Shown one piece after another: positions 46,359-58,249 of a DNA stretch of 64,000 bases. Source of the stretch: Leucoraja erinacea (lineage: Eukaryota); NCBI RefSeq assembly GCF_028641065.1, contig NC_073394.1:41230001-41294000 (forward strand). Reading direction: 5' to 3'. The notes beneath the pieces are model-generated. The model had not been told where the DNA came from. It was given only the letters and a program-made list of their open reading frames with translations, and did no database searches. The position numbers and the translations under genes were made by a program. Position 1 is the first letter of the stretch; each line of letters starts with the position of its first letter.

Positions 46359-48422
46359 TAGGTATGTTGCAAAACCTACCTGAAGCGTCGCTGAGAATCT
46401 GCCCCAGCCCGTGTGCGCGATTTTGGCGCTGTTTAGAGGGGCGGGTTTAAAACGCGATTTTTACTAGGCTGTTCCAATCGAAGATGTTCAGCCTAGTAAA
46501 TCATTAACGAAAAATCGCTGAAAGACCCCGTCGCAAAAGGTATTATTAGTTTTATAGGCCTCGAATAATAGTTATAATAGTTTTAAAATCACTCTCTCAA
46601 CCCGCGACCTCTCGCAGCCCCAGGGTTTTATAAAGCAAACAACTAAAGGTATGTACCTTATTTTTACATTAAAAGGGGCTTCTTAAGACCCCTTTATACA
46701 AAGTTTACTATAGCGAGTAGTTCATTTTGGGCGCTTTATATCCCGCAGTACTTTTCTCAGTATTTGAGGGCACAAATCTACCGCAATGTGAACGTTCTAA
46801 ACCAGCGCGTTCCACAGGGACCCACTGGAAAGCTGATTTAAAATGGGCATTTATTTACAGCAATTGAACACTAAATTCCTTCCATTTGGCCTATAAATTA
46901 ATGTAAATGAGATATAAAAATCATGTTATATTGTGAATTATTTGTGAATAATCTTTGGACACTTAGGCTATTTAAAAATGTTAATCTTTCCTTAAAAAAT
47001 GGATAGATGTTTATATCTAGTAATTGAATTTTGATTAAACATGATTTTCTTTTTTAGTATTTACTATTTGTTTTAGCGTTTAACTTTATAATTTCTACCT
47101 TTTTTTCCAAAACTGCAAATAATAACTTGTTTCTGTTAATGCTGTTCAGTGTTTTTTTTTAATTTACATTGTAAACAGATGTCTCCAAAGAAGAAATGTA
47201 AAATTGTCAATCCAAAAGCCCAGCCAGGCATAGCTAGAGTTCAACTTGAAGTGAATTTCTCTGTCATGCCCAAGTCTATGAGGGATCTTAAAAATGGACA
47301 CATCTTGTACTTGTTTACCTCATTTGGAAAAAGTCTGCCTGAAACGGAGAAATCACTGAGTTCACATTTCTCTTTGTCGGATGCAGAAGGCTATTCATGT
47401 GCTGCGGTTAAGTTAAGAGTGCAGGCTCTCGTTAAACGGACTTTGCTTAAGTTTAAAAAACTCACCAATCCCAAGGAATTTGGAGCATTTATGGAAATTT
47501 GTGATTAAACTTTTAAACTTCAAAAAGGCAGTCGACACATTTCTTTAGATGACATTCCACTGCCTGGTGCTCAAGATCCTGAATCTTCTTGACATCAGCT
47601 GAAAGTCAAGTGCCCATATTTCTTCAGATTTAGACAACATTCGCAGAGATTATCCGAATTTGGACTATTCCAAATGTGATGATCTACACGACATTATTAG
47701 TGGGAAAGTAGTTGGCAGAAAGGCATGCCATGCATGGTTTGAAGATCAAAAACTTGTAGTTTACAATGCCAAAATTGAAAAATTGAGGAAAAACAACGTG
47801 TACAGAGTTGCTTATTGGTTGCAGTCTGAGGAGTATGATGATGCTACTGATTATGATATGCCAATGTACCGACTAGCAACTGATCTTCTCCATAAAGACT
47901 TGGTCTTTTGCTAGAAATTGTAATTTATTTACCTATCCATAAAGGACTTACAGCATATTATACAATAATATTAAAGTTCTGATCTTGAGAATATCACATT
48001 TTTTCATTTTCAAGGCAGTCTGGTTGTTTATTACTATTTCTGTCACATCGGTCAATTTTGTAATTAGCTACAATTAGGTAATTAGCTAATTATATGCTTT
48101 AATTTCAGGTCATCCAAGTAAGATTGTTTTATATTTTTTCAAAATGCTTCAATCTATGATGTGAAAATTTCATTCAGTTCTCTTAATTCTTAAGAAATTT
48201 ACGGGCTTTTGACTATCCAAGATCACAGCTTTTTTGTAATGTCCATAGAAAATCAATAGGGAACAAGATGCTAATTTCCGAGTATGAAAATGGCCATAAC
48301 TTTTTTAATACTTGAGATATGAAAGTGAATTTGGTGTCAAATTAAACTTATTTTTATGCTTTATCTGATGGGATAAATTGCAGACTTGATTTTTAAAATC
48401 TCAAAATTTTGTAACATTGCTA
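46359..48422 (+). mobile_element. Internally deleted cut-and-paste DNA transposon (hAT-like), copy 1
   Basis: Imperfect 16-bp TIRs TAGGTATGTTGCAAAA / TTTTGTAACATTGCTA; 7-bp TSD ATGCTTG (46352-46358, 48423-48429); residual ORFs 47169-47508 and ~47630-47914. Confidence 0.8.
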
Positions 48423-49384
48423 ATGCTTGGCACCCCTAACTCCTGGCTTCCTTGCCTGGAGGTATGCTCATCAGCTATACCTCCGACCTCGGAGTCAGAA
48501 CAAAACTGACTCCGTGTACTCTCTTCCTCCAAGAGGGAGACATTATGCAGCCCTCTACAGGTGCTGCTGCCACGGGTCCCCGAGGAGACCCGCGGATATA
48601 AGGCTCGTCTTCCTCGAGCACATCGTGATGGAGCATCCTCTCCATCAGGAGCTCCATCCTGGACAGCCGCCCAAAAACGGCATCCATCATCAGAGTCAAC
48701 GGGCCTATTCAACTTTTTAGTGGCTTTCCGGCCCACCGAAGTAGCCATGGTGCCTTCCACCGGCACCAAGTCGGAAGCCACTGGCCGTGCCGCCAGTGAC
48801 TCTGAAGGCGAGAGGGACGGCCGCCCACTACCCGCACTCCCGCGGTGTTCTGTAGCTGTTCTCGCAGCGGACCGCCTCGACCTTCCTTTTACCTTTTTCT
48901 CCATAACGGTCTTGCTCCTGTAAACAAGATTTCCCGACCGGAGAAAAGACCTCAGCTAAGTTTAAAACTTACCTCAGGGTTTTTAACTTACCGCTGTTGG
49001 AGCTGCGCCCTGCTAGCCCGTCAGTGCGCCATGCGTCAGACGTTATAACGCGCATGCGGACTGGTGGGGTTCTTCACGGAATCAATCACGTGACTCTGAA
49101 GTAAAACATACCATTCGCTTTTTTCACTGCCTGCTGCATCTGCATGCCTACTTTCAATGACTCGTGTACCATGACACCCAGGTCTCGTTGCATCTCCCCT
49201 TTTCCTAATCGGCCACCATTCAGATAATAGTCTACCTTCCTGTTTTTGCCACCAAAGTGGATAACCTCAAATTTATCCACATTATACTGCATCTGCCATG
49301 CATTTGGCCACTCAGCCAGCCCATCCAAGTCACCTTGCAGCCTCCGGGCATCCTCCTCACATCTAACACTGCCCCCCAGCTTCG

Positions 49385-49541
49385 NNNNNNNNNNNNNNNN
49401 NNNNNNNNNNNNNNNNNNNNNNNNNNNNNNNNNNNNNNNNNNNNNNNNNNNNNNNNNNNNNNNNNNNNNNNNNNNNNNNNNNNNNNNNNNNNNNNNNNNN
49501 NNNNNNNNNNNNNNNNNNNNNNNNNNNNNNNNNNNNNNNNN
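49385..49541. other. Assembly gap (157 N)
   Basis: Run of N. Confidence 1.
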
Positions 49542-49622
49542 GTGGTTTTTCAGGCGAGTGCCCCTGAGCTTAAAGGTCAAAGACTGTCGCTGAAAAGTCG
49601 TGTAAGTGGGACAGGCCCTTAA
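49542..49622. mobile_element. MITE end, possibly PIF/Harbinger-type; a similar end lies at ~58445-58535
   Basis: Shared terminus GTAAGTGGGACAGGCCCTTAA at both sites, ending in TAA. Confidence 0.45.
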
Positions 49623-49739
49623 CACCATTTTATAAGAAGCCGGTACTCAACCTAAAAGGTTATAGAAATGAAGGTTTATCAGGCACCAAAAAATAGAATC
49701 ATTGGATCTGTACTTTGTTACATTTAGTTTACTTTGGTT

Positions 49740-50023
49740 TAGAGATACAGCATTGAAACAAGCCCTTCAGCCCCAAGTACATGTTGACAAACAATCACCA
49801 TACACTAGTTCTATCCCACACGCTAGGGACAATTTACAGAAGCCAATTACCCTGCAAACTGCAAGTCTTTAGAGTGTGGGAGGAATCCGCAGCACCTGGA
49901 GAAAACCCATACAGTTACAGAGAGAGCAGACAAACTCCCCAAGGACAGCTCCCGTAGTTAGGATGGAAGCCGGGTCTCGCACTGTAAGGCAGCAACTCTA
50001 CCGCTGCACCACTGAGCCGCCCT
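49740..50023 (-). mobile_element. tRNA-derived SINE
   Basis: Reverse complement of ggcggctcagtggtgcagcggtagagttgctgccttacag head and body. Confidence 0.75.
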
Positions 50024-51845
50024 ATAAACAGCAATAAACGTTTGTACTTTCCCCAACCAAGATGGCCAATGCCCCACTTTGCATTTCTGAGAGGGAGTGG
50101 CTTGCTTTGTGACTGTAATGGGGAAGTCTATTCATTTAGTTCATTGATATGAACATCTGGGCCATTGTCTACATAAAGAGAACTCAGCAAGCGTGTGAAG
50201 AGTTGAACCAACAGGAGTAAGTCATAGAGCCATATAGCACAGGAACAGGCCCTTCAGCCCAACTTGTCCATGCCGACAAGTTGCCCCATCTAAGCGAGTC
50301 TCATTTGCCAACATTTGCTCCATAGCCGTCTAAATCCTTAGTATCTATATATCCTTCAAATTTCTTTGAAATGCTTGTGAGAACTTGGACCATATAGGAA
50401 GCCAGAAAGGTGCACAAGCAATGACAATCATTTAGAGTTATCAAGTTATGTCTCCGAAGAAGAAATGCCAAATGCCCAGCAAAAGAGACTGTTTTAGACC
50501 GCATTCGCTGAGGTTATCCGAATTTGGACTACTCCAAATGTGGTGATCTACAGAATGGGAAAGTAATGGGCAGAAAGGCATGTCATGCGCGGTTTGAAGA
50601 GCAAAAACATGTAGTTTACAATTCCAAAATTGAACAGTTGAGGAAAGGCAAGGTGTACAGAGTTGCTTGTTGGTTACAATGTATGATGATGCTACTGATT
50701 ATGATATGCCAATGTATCAGCCAGCAACTGATCTTCTCTATAAAGACTTGGTCTTTTGCTAGAAATTGCAATTTCTTTACCTGTCTGTCACGGACTAACA
50801 GCATATAATAGTAAGATTAAACGAGAACAGTTACCAGTTTGAAGTTTGATCTGTATTTTATGAGGAGTTACGATGAGGGATTACGTGAAGAACCCGCTCA
50901 GCACACATGCGCGGCATACTTCAAAGCAGCGGTGTGGAATCACAGATAGACACAGTTATTGAAGTAAACATAGTAAAGATAAGGAGGCATCAGTTTTTGA
51001 ATTTGACCCATATTATTGAGGGTGGGAGCGGAGGGCAGGTAATCCCGCATCGTAACTCAGAATATACAGATCAAACTTAAAACTGGTAAGTTCTCGTTTA
51101 ATCTTACTATTTTACTTCAGAGCCACGTGAGTGATTCCGTGAAGATTTCAAAGCTCTGTGATTTCAAACCGTGTAACAGTTATTACTACATCACTGCCGA
51201 AGTCTTTGAGGGAGGAAGTGTGTTATTGTAACCAACCAATGAATCTGTTTGTAGAAAAACACAATGGTATTTTTTAACAATAACAACAAAGAAATTAAAT
51301 TGCTCCCCTGGGCTTAAATTAAATATTCGCAGTCTGTAAAATCTTTCCTGCAAATAAAACAAGTTTTGCCAACGGCTTATTATAAAATTTCTGAATGGTC
51401 TTTCCCCCCACCATCCTGCTGTAGCCAGGATGTGGTTTATAGGCACGTCCATTCTTTTAGCCATCGACGTGGATGCTGCCCTGGCGGAATGAAATTTGTA
51501 CGTTAGTTTTTATCCCAGCAGCTTTTAGCACCTGCTTGAGCCATCTCGAAATGGCTCGTCACCCGACCATAAGGTTTTTTTATGACTGACCCACAAGGCT
51601 TTTCATCTCCCTCGAATATTTTGGTTGTGTCTATGTAGGATAGTAGGGTCATGGCACATAACCGTGATTCTGGCGGGTAAACCTGGAATTCCACGACTGG
51701 ATTAGGTGTTCCTGTACTGCTCTGTTTGATCATTCCCTGGATAACGACAGAGATCTGGTCTGGAGCTGTGAGCATGGTGTCCAGTCGCAATAGGTGTAGT
51801 GACTGGACCCTCTGTGCAGATACAAGTGCCATCAACATGAGTGTT

Positions 51846-53251
51846 CGAGAAGGAACTGCAGATGCTGGAAGATCGAAGGTACACAAAATTGCTGGAGAAA
51901 CTCAGCGGGTGCAGCAGCATCTATGGAGCGAAGCAAATAGGCGACGTTTCGGGCCGAAACCCTTCTTCAGACTGATGGGGGGTGGGGGGAGAAGGAAGGA
52001 AAAAGGGAGGAGGAGGAGCCCGAGGGCGGGGGGATGGGAGGAGACAGCTCGAGGGTTAAGGAAGGGGAGGAGACAGCAAGGGCTAGCAAAATTGGGAGAA
52101 TTCAACGTTAATGCCATCAGGACGCAAACTACCCAAGTGGAATATGAGGTGCTGTTCCTCCAATTTCCGGTGTTGCTCACTCTGGCAATGGAGGAGACCC
52201 AGGACAGAGAGGTCGGATTGGGAATGGGAGGGGGAGTTGAAGTGCTGAGCCACCGGGAGGTCAGGTTGGTTATTGCGGACTGAGCGGAGGTGTTCGGCGA
52301 AACGATCGCCCAACCTCCGCTTAGTCTCCCCGATGTAGATCAGCTGACATCTAGAGCAGCGGATGCAGTAGATGAGGTTGGAGGAGATACAGGTGAACCT
52401 TTGTCGCACCTGGAACGACTGCTTGGGTCCTTGAATGGAGTCGAGGGGGGAGGTGAAGGGACAGGTGTTGCATTTCTTGCGGTTGCAACAGAAAGTGCCC
52501 GGGGAGGAGGTGGTACGGGAGGGAAGGGAAGAATTGACAAGGGAGTTGCGGAGGGAGCGGTCTTTGCGGAAGGCAGACATAGGGGGAGATGGGAAGATGT
52601 GGCGAGTGGTGGGGTCACGTTGGAGGTGGCGGAAATGGCGGAGGATTGTGTGTTGTATTTGCCGGCTGGTGGGGTGAAAGGTGAGGACCAGGGGTATTCT
52701 GCCCTTTTTGCGAGAGCAGGGATGGGGAGAGAGAGCAGTGTTGCGTGGTATGGATGAGACCCTGGTGCGAGCCTCATCTATGGTGGCAGAGGGGAATCCC
52801 CGTTCCCTGAAGAACGAGGACATTTCCGATGGCCTGGTATGGAATGTCTCATCCTGGGAACAGATGTGGCGTAGGTGGAGGAATTGGGAGTAAGGGATGG
52901 AGTCTTTATAGGGGGCAGGGTGGGAAGACGTGTAGTCCAGATAGCCATGTGAGTCAGTTGGTTTGTAGTGTATGTCGGTCAGAAGTCTGTCCCCTGCGAT
53001 GGAGATGGTGAGGTCAAGGAATGGTAGGGAAGTGTCGGAAATGGCCCAGGTGTATTGGAGTGCCAGATGGAAGTTGGTGGTGAAGTGGATGAAATCATTC
53101 AGTTGTGTGTAGGTGCAGGAGGTGGCTCCAAAGCAGTCGTCAATGTAATGGAGGTAGAGGTCGGGGATGGGGCCCTGGTACGTACTGAAGAAGGATAGTT
53201 CAACGTACCCGACAAAGAGGCAGGCGTAGCTGGGGCCCAACATAGTTGAGT
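51846..53251 (-). mobile_element. Penelope-like element (RT C-terminal half plus GIY-YIG endonuclease), 5'-truncated, open frame
   Basis: ORF 52083-53240: YIDDC, PFLD, NLIYCIRCSRCQLIYIGETKRRLGDRFAEH; flanked by a 17-bp duplication CCATCAACATGAGTGTT. Confidence 0.93.
51939..51974 (-). ncRNA. Minimal type I hammerhead ribozyme motif in the Penelope 3' terminus
   Basis: CAGU-CUGAAGA-A-GGGU UUCG GCCC-GAAA-CGUC-GCC. Confidence 0.68.
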
Positions 53252-55959
53252 CCATCAACATGAGTGTTTTGAGCATAGATAGTTCCAGGTTGAGGGATCT
53301 GGCTGGTGGCCATCCCCTGAGGTATGTCAGGACCACACTGACATCCCATATATAGGTGTACCTTGGTATAGGGGGTTAGAGTTGTAAATACCCTTCATTA
53401 GTTTGACCACCAGCTGGTGGGACCCCATGGCCTGTTGGCCTGGAGCTGGTTTTAAATAGACAGGCAGGGCAATAACCATGTCATGGAGTATTGGGAACCA
53501 TGGCTGTATAGGCCAGTCGGGTACTATCAAAATACCTGAAGCAGAGTCCATTTGTACTGTGCGTAGTCCCCTGCTGATGAGGCAGAAGGGAGGAAGTGCA
53601 TAGAAGAAGAATTTCCCCAATCCAGCGCGAACGCATCTACCGTGCTGCCTCAGGGTCTGGTTCCCAAGCGACACACATAGGTACCTGGTGATTTAGCCTT
53701 GATGCAAATAAATCGATATCTGGCGTGCCCTATTGCTTGATAACTTTTGTGAAAAAATTTTGGGGGTTTTAATATCCATTCGATGTTGTCATTAAATTTA
53801 CGTGACCTGGTGTTTGCCACTGTATTTAGCTTACCTGGCAGGTAAGTTACTGATAGCCAAATATGTCTTTGGACACACCATTGCCAAATTGTGTTGACCA
53901 ACTTGTCGCATGATACCAATTTTATGCCGCCCATATGGTTAATGTAGGTCACCACCGCAGTATTATCTATTTATAACCGTACATGCAAGTGATGCATATT
54001 TATGCATATGCTTTTAAACCATAAAAGTCACCCAACATCTCTAGATAATTAATGCCCAGTGTAAGTGGTAATGATGATTCTAGGTTAGACCATCTACTAC
54101 TTGTGCTGGATATAGAGTTAGTTGCTCCCCAGCCTTGAGCACTGGCATCTGTTTGGATAACTGACGTAGGGTTAGTGATGATAATAGGCTGAAACTATGT
54201 CAAACGTTTTTTGCCCACCACTGTAGTTCTGATATTACTTCAGTGGGTAACTTCATGAAACGATCATAATGACCTGTATGTCATTTATGGTACAACGGTC
54301 GGAATTATGTAGCCGGAAATGCTGCTACCATTTTCCCAATTACTCTGTTACTTGTCGAGTAGTTGGTAGTTTGTTGACCATTAAATTGTTGCATGATTGT
54401 GCCAATTCAACTATGTTGTCTCTTGGCAATGTTACAGTCACGTAGACTGAATTAATTGTGAAGCCCAAGAAGTCCATGATTGTGGATGCTTCAACTTAGA
54501 TTTATCTGGATGTAAGACAATCCCAGGGTTTTGAATAACTGTTTGGTAGCTGAACAGCTAACATAATCAATTTCATGGTCTTGCCTACCATTTAGGATAT
54601 CATCAAGATATGCCATGACAATATGTTTTTGTCTTCTGAATATTGCCAGAGCTGGTTTTAGTGTCTGGGTGACACTCTTGGGCTGATGTGAACCCATTGG
54701 CTAACGCTTTAAACTGCTATAGCTGCCCCATCCAGGTATATTTCAGGTATCTGCGATGATCCTTGTGAATGGTACTAAATAGTAAACATCTTTAAGATGA
54801 ATGCTTGCCATGAAGTATCCTTTGGAATTTAGTTGTTTGGCAGTAACAACCGGTTCCATTTTGAAATGTATATACTTAACAAACATATTTAGTGAAGTTA
54901 AGTCAATGATGATGCGACATCCACCATCTTTTTTGGGTTTAGTGAATATATTTGATACGAATTGCAAGGGTTCAGGTTTTCCCATGATACCCTTTGTAAT
55001 TATTCTCACCAGTTCAGCTTGTCCCTCTTGTTTCTTTAACAGAGAGGGGAAAAATACCCTCTGGGGTGAATGTTGACCTGGTGGCAATTTTTCTAGTATG
55101 AATTGTATTTGTATTCATTAATGCCATTGAGTATATACTGATCACTCGTGATAGACTCCCATGTGTTAGTATTACTCCATATGCTGGTAGGAACCAGACC
55201 CACCTACCTCCATGGTTATGGGTATTCTTCTGTTTCCTGCCGGTCCAACGAGTGTTGCACGTCGTCTGACGTGGCGGTGACGTTGGGGGGTGGCACATCC
55301 GCTCTGGGCTCTGGTCTAAAGAAGCCTTTCAGTGATAGAATGCGGACCCCGAGCTTTCATCAGTCCGATATGGTAGACGTTGACTGATGGACGCGATGGG
55401 GTGCTGCTGCGTAGGAATTACTGTTTTTGGTTTGCTCGTCCCGGCCCTGCCCTCATGAGCCGAAAGTTTTGTAAAACCTCTTGCATGTCCTTCATATGCT
55501 TTGTGAGGTTTTTGCCAAAGAGCAGTGGGTCTGGCTCAGTGGCTGGGTATGCACCTGCAATGTAGGATTTTATGGCAGGTCTTATGACGTTTACGAAGGT
55601 TGTGGTCATCTCCGTATTTGTCCATGGAACGAGGAAAAAACAATGTGATGGCTGATGTCAGGCTTTTAACGGCCTCCTGCACGTGGTGTTTCCACGTGGC
55701 TGTCCACCACACCTAGCAGCTCTTACTGTTCCTGCACCCCTTGCATACTCCCGAGATCTTCAGCCATTGCCCCTGTTCTTGACCAGCCCAGTCCTGGTCA
55801 CCAAAGCTATCCTCTGGAAAGGAGGAAGCAGTGCACAAGGCACTGTGGAGGGAGTGACTGACCCCCCTCTGCGAGAGCGCCCCTCCTGGGGTGCACCTCA
55901 GTGGAGCTCCTGCTCCAAGAGCCGCTCCATGCGGCTCAGGCGGCTGTCTCTCCCCCGCC

Positions 55960-56480
55960 TGGGTGGAGACGTCCCCATCCGACAAGTCGGAGCCACCGGC
56001 CGGACGCCTCTTCCATGGCTTTACATCCAGCCCGCTGCTCAGGCGCTAGCGGGCTGGGCTGGGCGCGGTGCCGGGATATAGCGGACCGCCCGGTAAGTGG
56101 ACCTACCGCCTTATTGCAGCCCCCGCGAGATGGAACGCTCCTTGGTGGAGTCGAGCGGGGGCAGGTCTGTTCAGGCGGCTGTCTTTCCCCCCCGTGCGGG
56201 TGGAAAGACGTCCCGTCCGATAAGTCGGAGCCACCGGCCGGACGCCTCTTCTGTGGCGGTACTTCCAGCCCGCTGCTCAGGCGCTAGCGGGCTGGGCTCG
56301 GCACGGTGTCGGGATAGCAGAGCGCCGGGTAAGTGATCCTACCGCCTTGTTACTGCACCCCCCCCCCCTCCCAGATGGAACGCTCCTCCGTGGTGTCGAG
56401 CGGGGAACAGGTCTGTTCTGTTGCTGCCCCCCCCCAGATGGAACGCTCCTCCGTGGAGTCGAGCGGGGACAGGTTTGTTC
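55960..56480. repeat. Internal tandem repeats in the DIRS #2 gag region (~240-bp unit twice plus shorter copies)
   Basis: aagtcggagccaccggccggacgcctctt...gcgctagcgggctgg and agatggaacgctcc..gtcgagcgggg recur. Confidence 0.8.
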
Positions 56481-57539
56481 TAAAGCCTTTCTTCTCTGCC
56501 TGAAAGCAGAAGGCTCCCTGTGAACGAAAAACCCAACGTCAGCTTACCTGACGGTCCGTTCTTTCACCTCCATAACGGGAGCGCCTGACTCTCGCTGTGC
56601 CGCTGTTGCTCTGCTGGACGTAATGCCGCGCATGCGTGCTGAGCGGGTTCTTCACGGAATCACTCACGTGACTCCGAAGTAAAATACAATAATATTAAAG
56701 TTCCGATCTTGAGAATATCACTTTTTTGAATTTTCAAGGTAGTCTGGGTGTTTATTACTATTTCCATCACAACGGTCAATTTTGTAATTAGCTACAATTA
56801 GGTAATTAACTAATTATATGCTTTAATGTTAGGTAATCCTAGTAAGATGTTTTATATTTGTTTCAGGATGCTTCAATCTAAAATAACTGAAAATTTCATC
56901 CAGCTCTTAATTTTTAAGAAAGTTATGGGCATTTGACTGTCCTCGATCACAGCTTTTGTCTTAAGTCAATGGAAAAGCAATAGGGAACAAGATACTAATT
57001 TCCGAGTATGAAAATGACCATAATTTTTTTAATACTGAAGATATGAAAGTGAATTAGGTATCAAATTAAAGTTCTTTTTATGCTTTATCTGATGGGATAA
57101 ATTATAGGCTTGATTTTTTTAATCTCAAAATATTGTAACATTCCTACAAAGGAGGTTGATTAAATATGAATTCACTTGACAAGTTTAGAACTCTCGGACA
57201 GGTAAACACATATCATCACAGTTGCTGGGAAGAAGCTGTCCCTGAACGTGTATGTAACAGTTTTCAGGCTCCTGTACCTTCTTCCTGAAGGCAGGGGGTG
57301 AGGCGAGTGTGTGGCCAGGGTGGTGTGGGTCTCTGATGATGCTGGCTGACTTTTTGAGACAGCGACTCCTGTAGATGCATTTGAAGGTGGGGTCAAACAA
57401 CAGAGAACGTCTCAATAAAGATTAACAAGGAAGCAAACATTCAAATATGAGATAAAACCAGAAATGTTAAAAAAATGATGAGAATACCTGTAGGTTTTCA
57501 AAATCAAAAGAGTTAAACATGTGAACTAAACTTGCTTTG

Positions 57540-57901
57540 TAATTCCGGAAGTGAACTTTAAAGATCTAAAGCCTCAGTGTATGTTCTTGTCTGCCTTGAC
57601 TTTGTTGGATAATAATAGTGTAATCCTACCTGTTTTGTACAGCAGAAACTGCAGTAAAGAATAAAACATTGGTGAAGATTCAGTTTCACTAAATTATAGG
57701 AGGCGTTGGAACATACAAACCAAAAGAACGTGAACTTTCTGGTTTGTCAACAGAGCAACAAGTGAATTGCAGCCAGTCCTGGAGCAGAGACTTTACAAAT
57801 CCAGTCCGTGGGCAGATGTGAGCCATTGGATTGCAAGTCGGAGCCGGAGCAGCAGCTTGGAGCAGCAAGCACGTTGATTAATTATAGCAAGTGAACTTCA
57901 G
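57540..57901 (+). promoter_or_regulatory. Candidate promoter and non-coding first exon of the dioxygenase gene
   Basis: Unique DNA with CCGGAAGTG (ETS/GABP-type, 57545-57553), ATTGG (reverse CCAAT, ~57825) and a donor-like TCAG|GTTAGT at 57901. Confidence 0.35.
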
Positions 57902-58249
57902 GTTAGTGATGAGGTGGAATGTTGGCACGGAGGGTGATGGGAGAACGATTAGTGGACAGAATAGGGACGAGAAAGGCAGGGAGAAAGGCTGTGAGCAAAG
58001 CAGGGAGCAAGGAAGGACTGTGTAGGGAGGAACTCCAGATGCTGGTTTAAACCAAGTTTGCAAAAAAAGTAATGATGATCAAGAAAGCCGTCCATTCCAA
58101 CGACGTACAGGTTTGGAGGTTAATTGGCTTGGGTTTTTTATACTTGGTATAAGTATAAATTGTCCCTAGTGTGTGTAGGATGGTGGTGTTAATGTGTGCG
58201 GATCGCTAGAATCCGCCCCACTTCTACTCCCAGAGTGGGGCCAAGAAAA

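Larger units (their letters stand above)
38101..49106 (-). mobile_element. DIRS1-type tyrosine-recombinase retrotransposon #1, both termini present, degenerate, with nested insertions
   Basis: Terminal repeats 38101-38210 and 49048-49106; ICR ~38325-38437; gag-like, RT (IDLKDAYY, YLND), RNase H (NTTAVAYINHVGG), MT (PDIDLF..DAF) and YR (FKSHST) fragments. Confidence 0.9.
37458..49384 (-). mobile_element. CR1 LINE split by DIRS #1 (halves 37458-38100 and 49107-49384)
   Basis: Sequence reads through ..gctatgaatgctaa|cataccattcgc.. once the DIRS is removed ([11 protein letters not shown] on minus). Confidence 0.88.
50807..56686 (-). mobile_element. DIRS1-type retrotransposon #2, both termini present, degenerate
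   Basis: Same termini and ICR (~51040-51147) as #1; RT (KKDGGCRIIIDL, YLDD), RNase H (YINHMGG), MT (FYALPPF..VPDWPIQPWF) and YR (ALVSAQRVQSL, HILATAGW) fragments. Confidence 0.92.
50430..57146 (+). mobile_element. hAT-like DNA transposon copy 2 (50430-50806 and 56685-57146), split by DIRS #2
   Basis: Homologous to 47169-47195, 47630-47960 and 47960-48422; right TIR TATTGTAACATTCCTA; left end not found. Confidence 0.82.

Noticed and set aside
52083-53336. 417-aa ORF as a DIRS recombinase-Penelope fusion gene
   Set aside because: Chance in-frame junction at the insertion site; only ~30 codons come from the broken DIRS.
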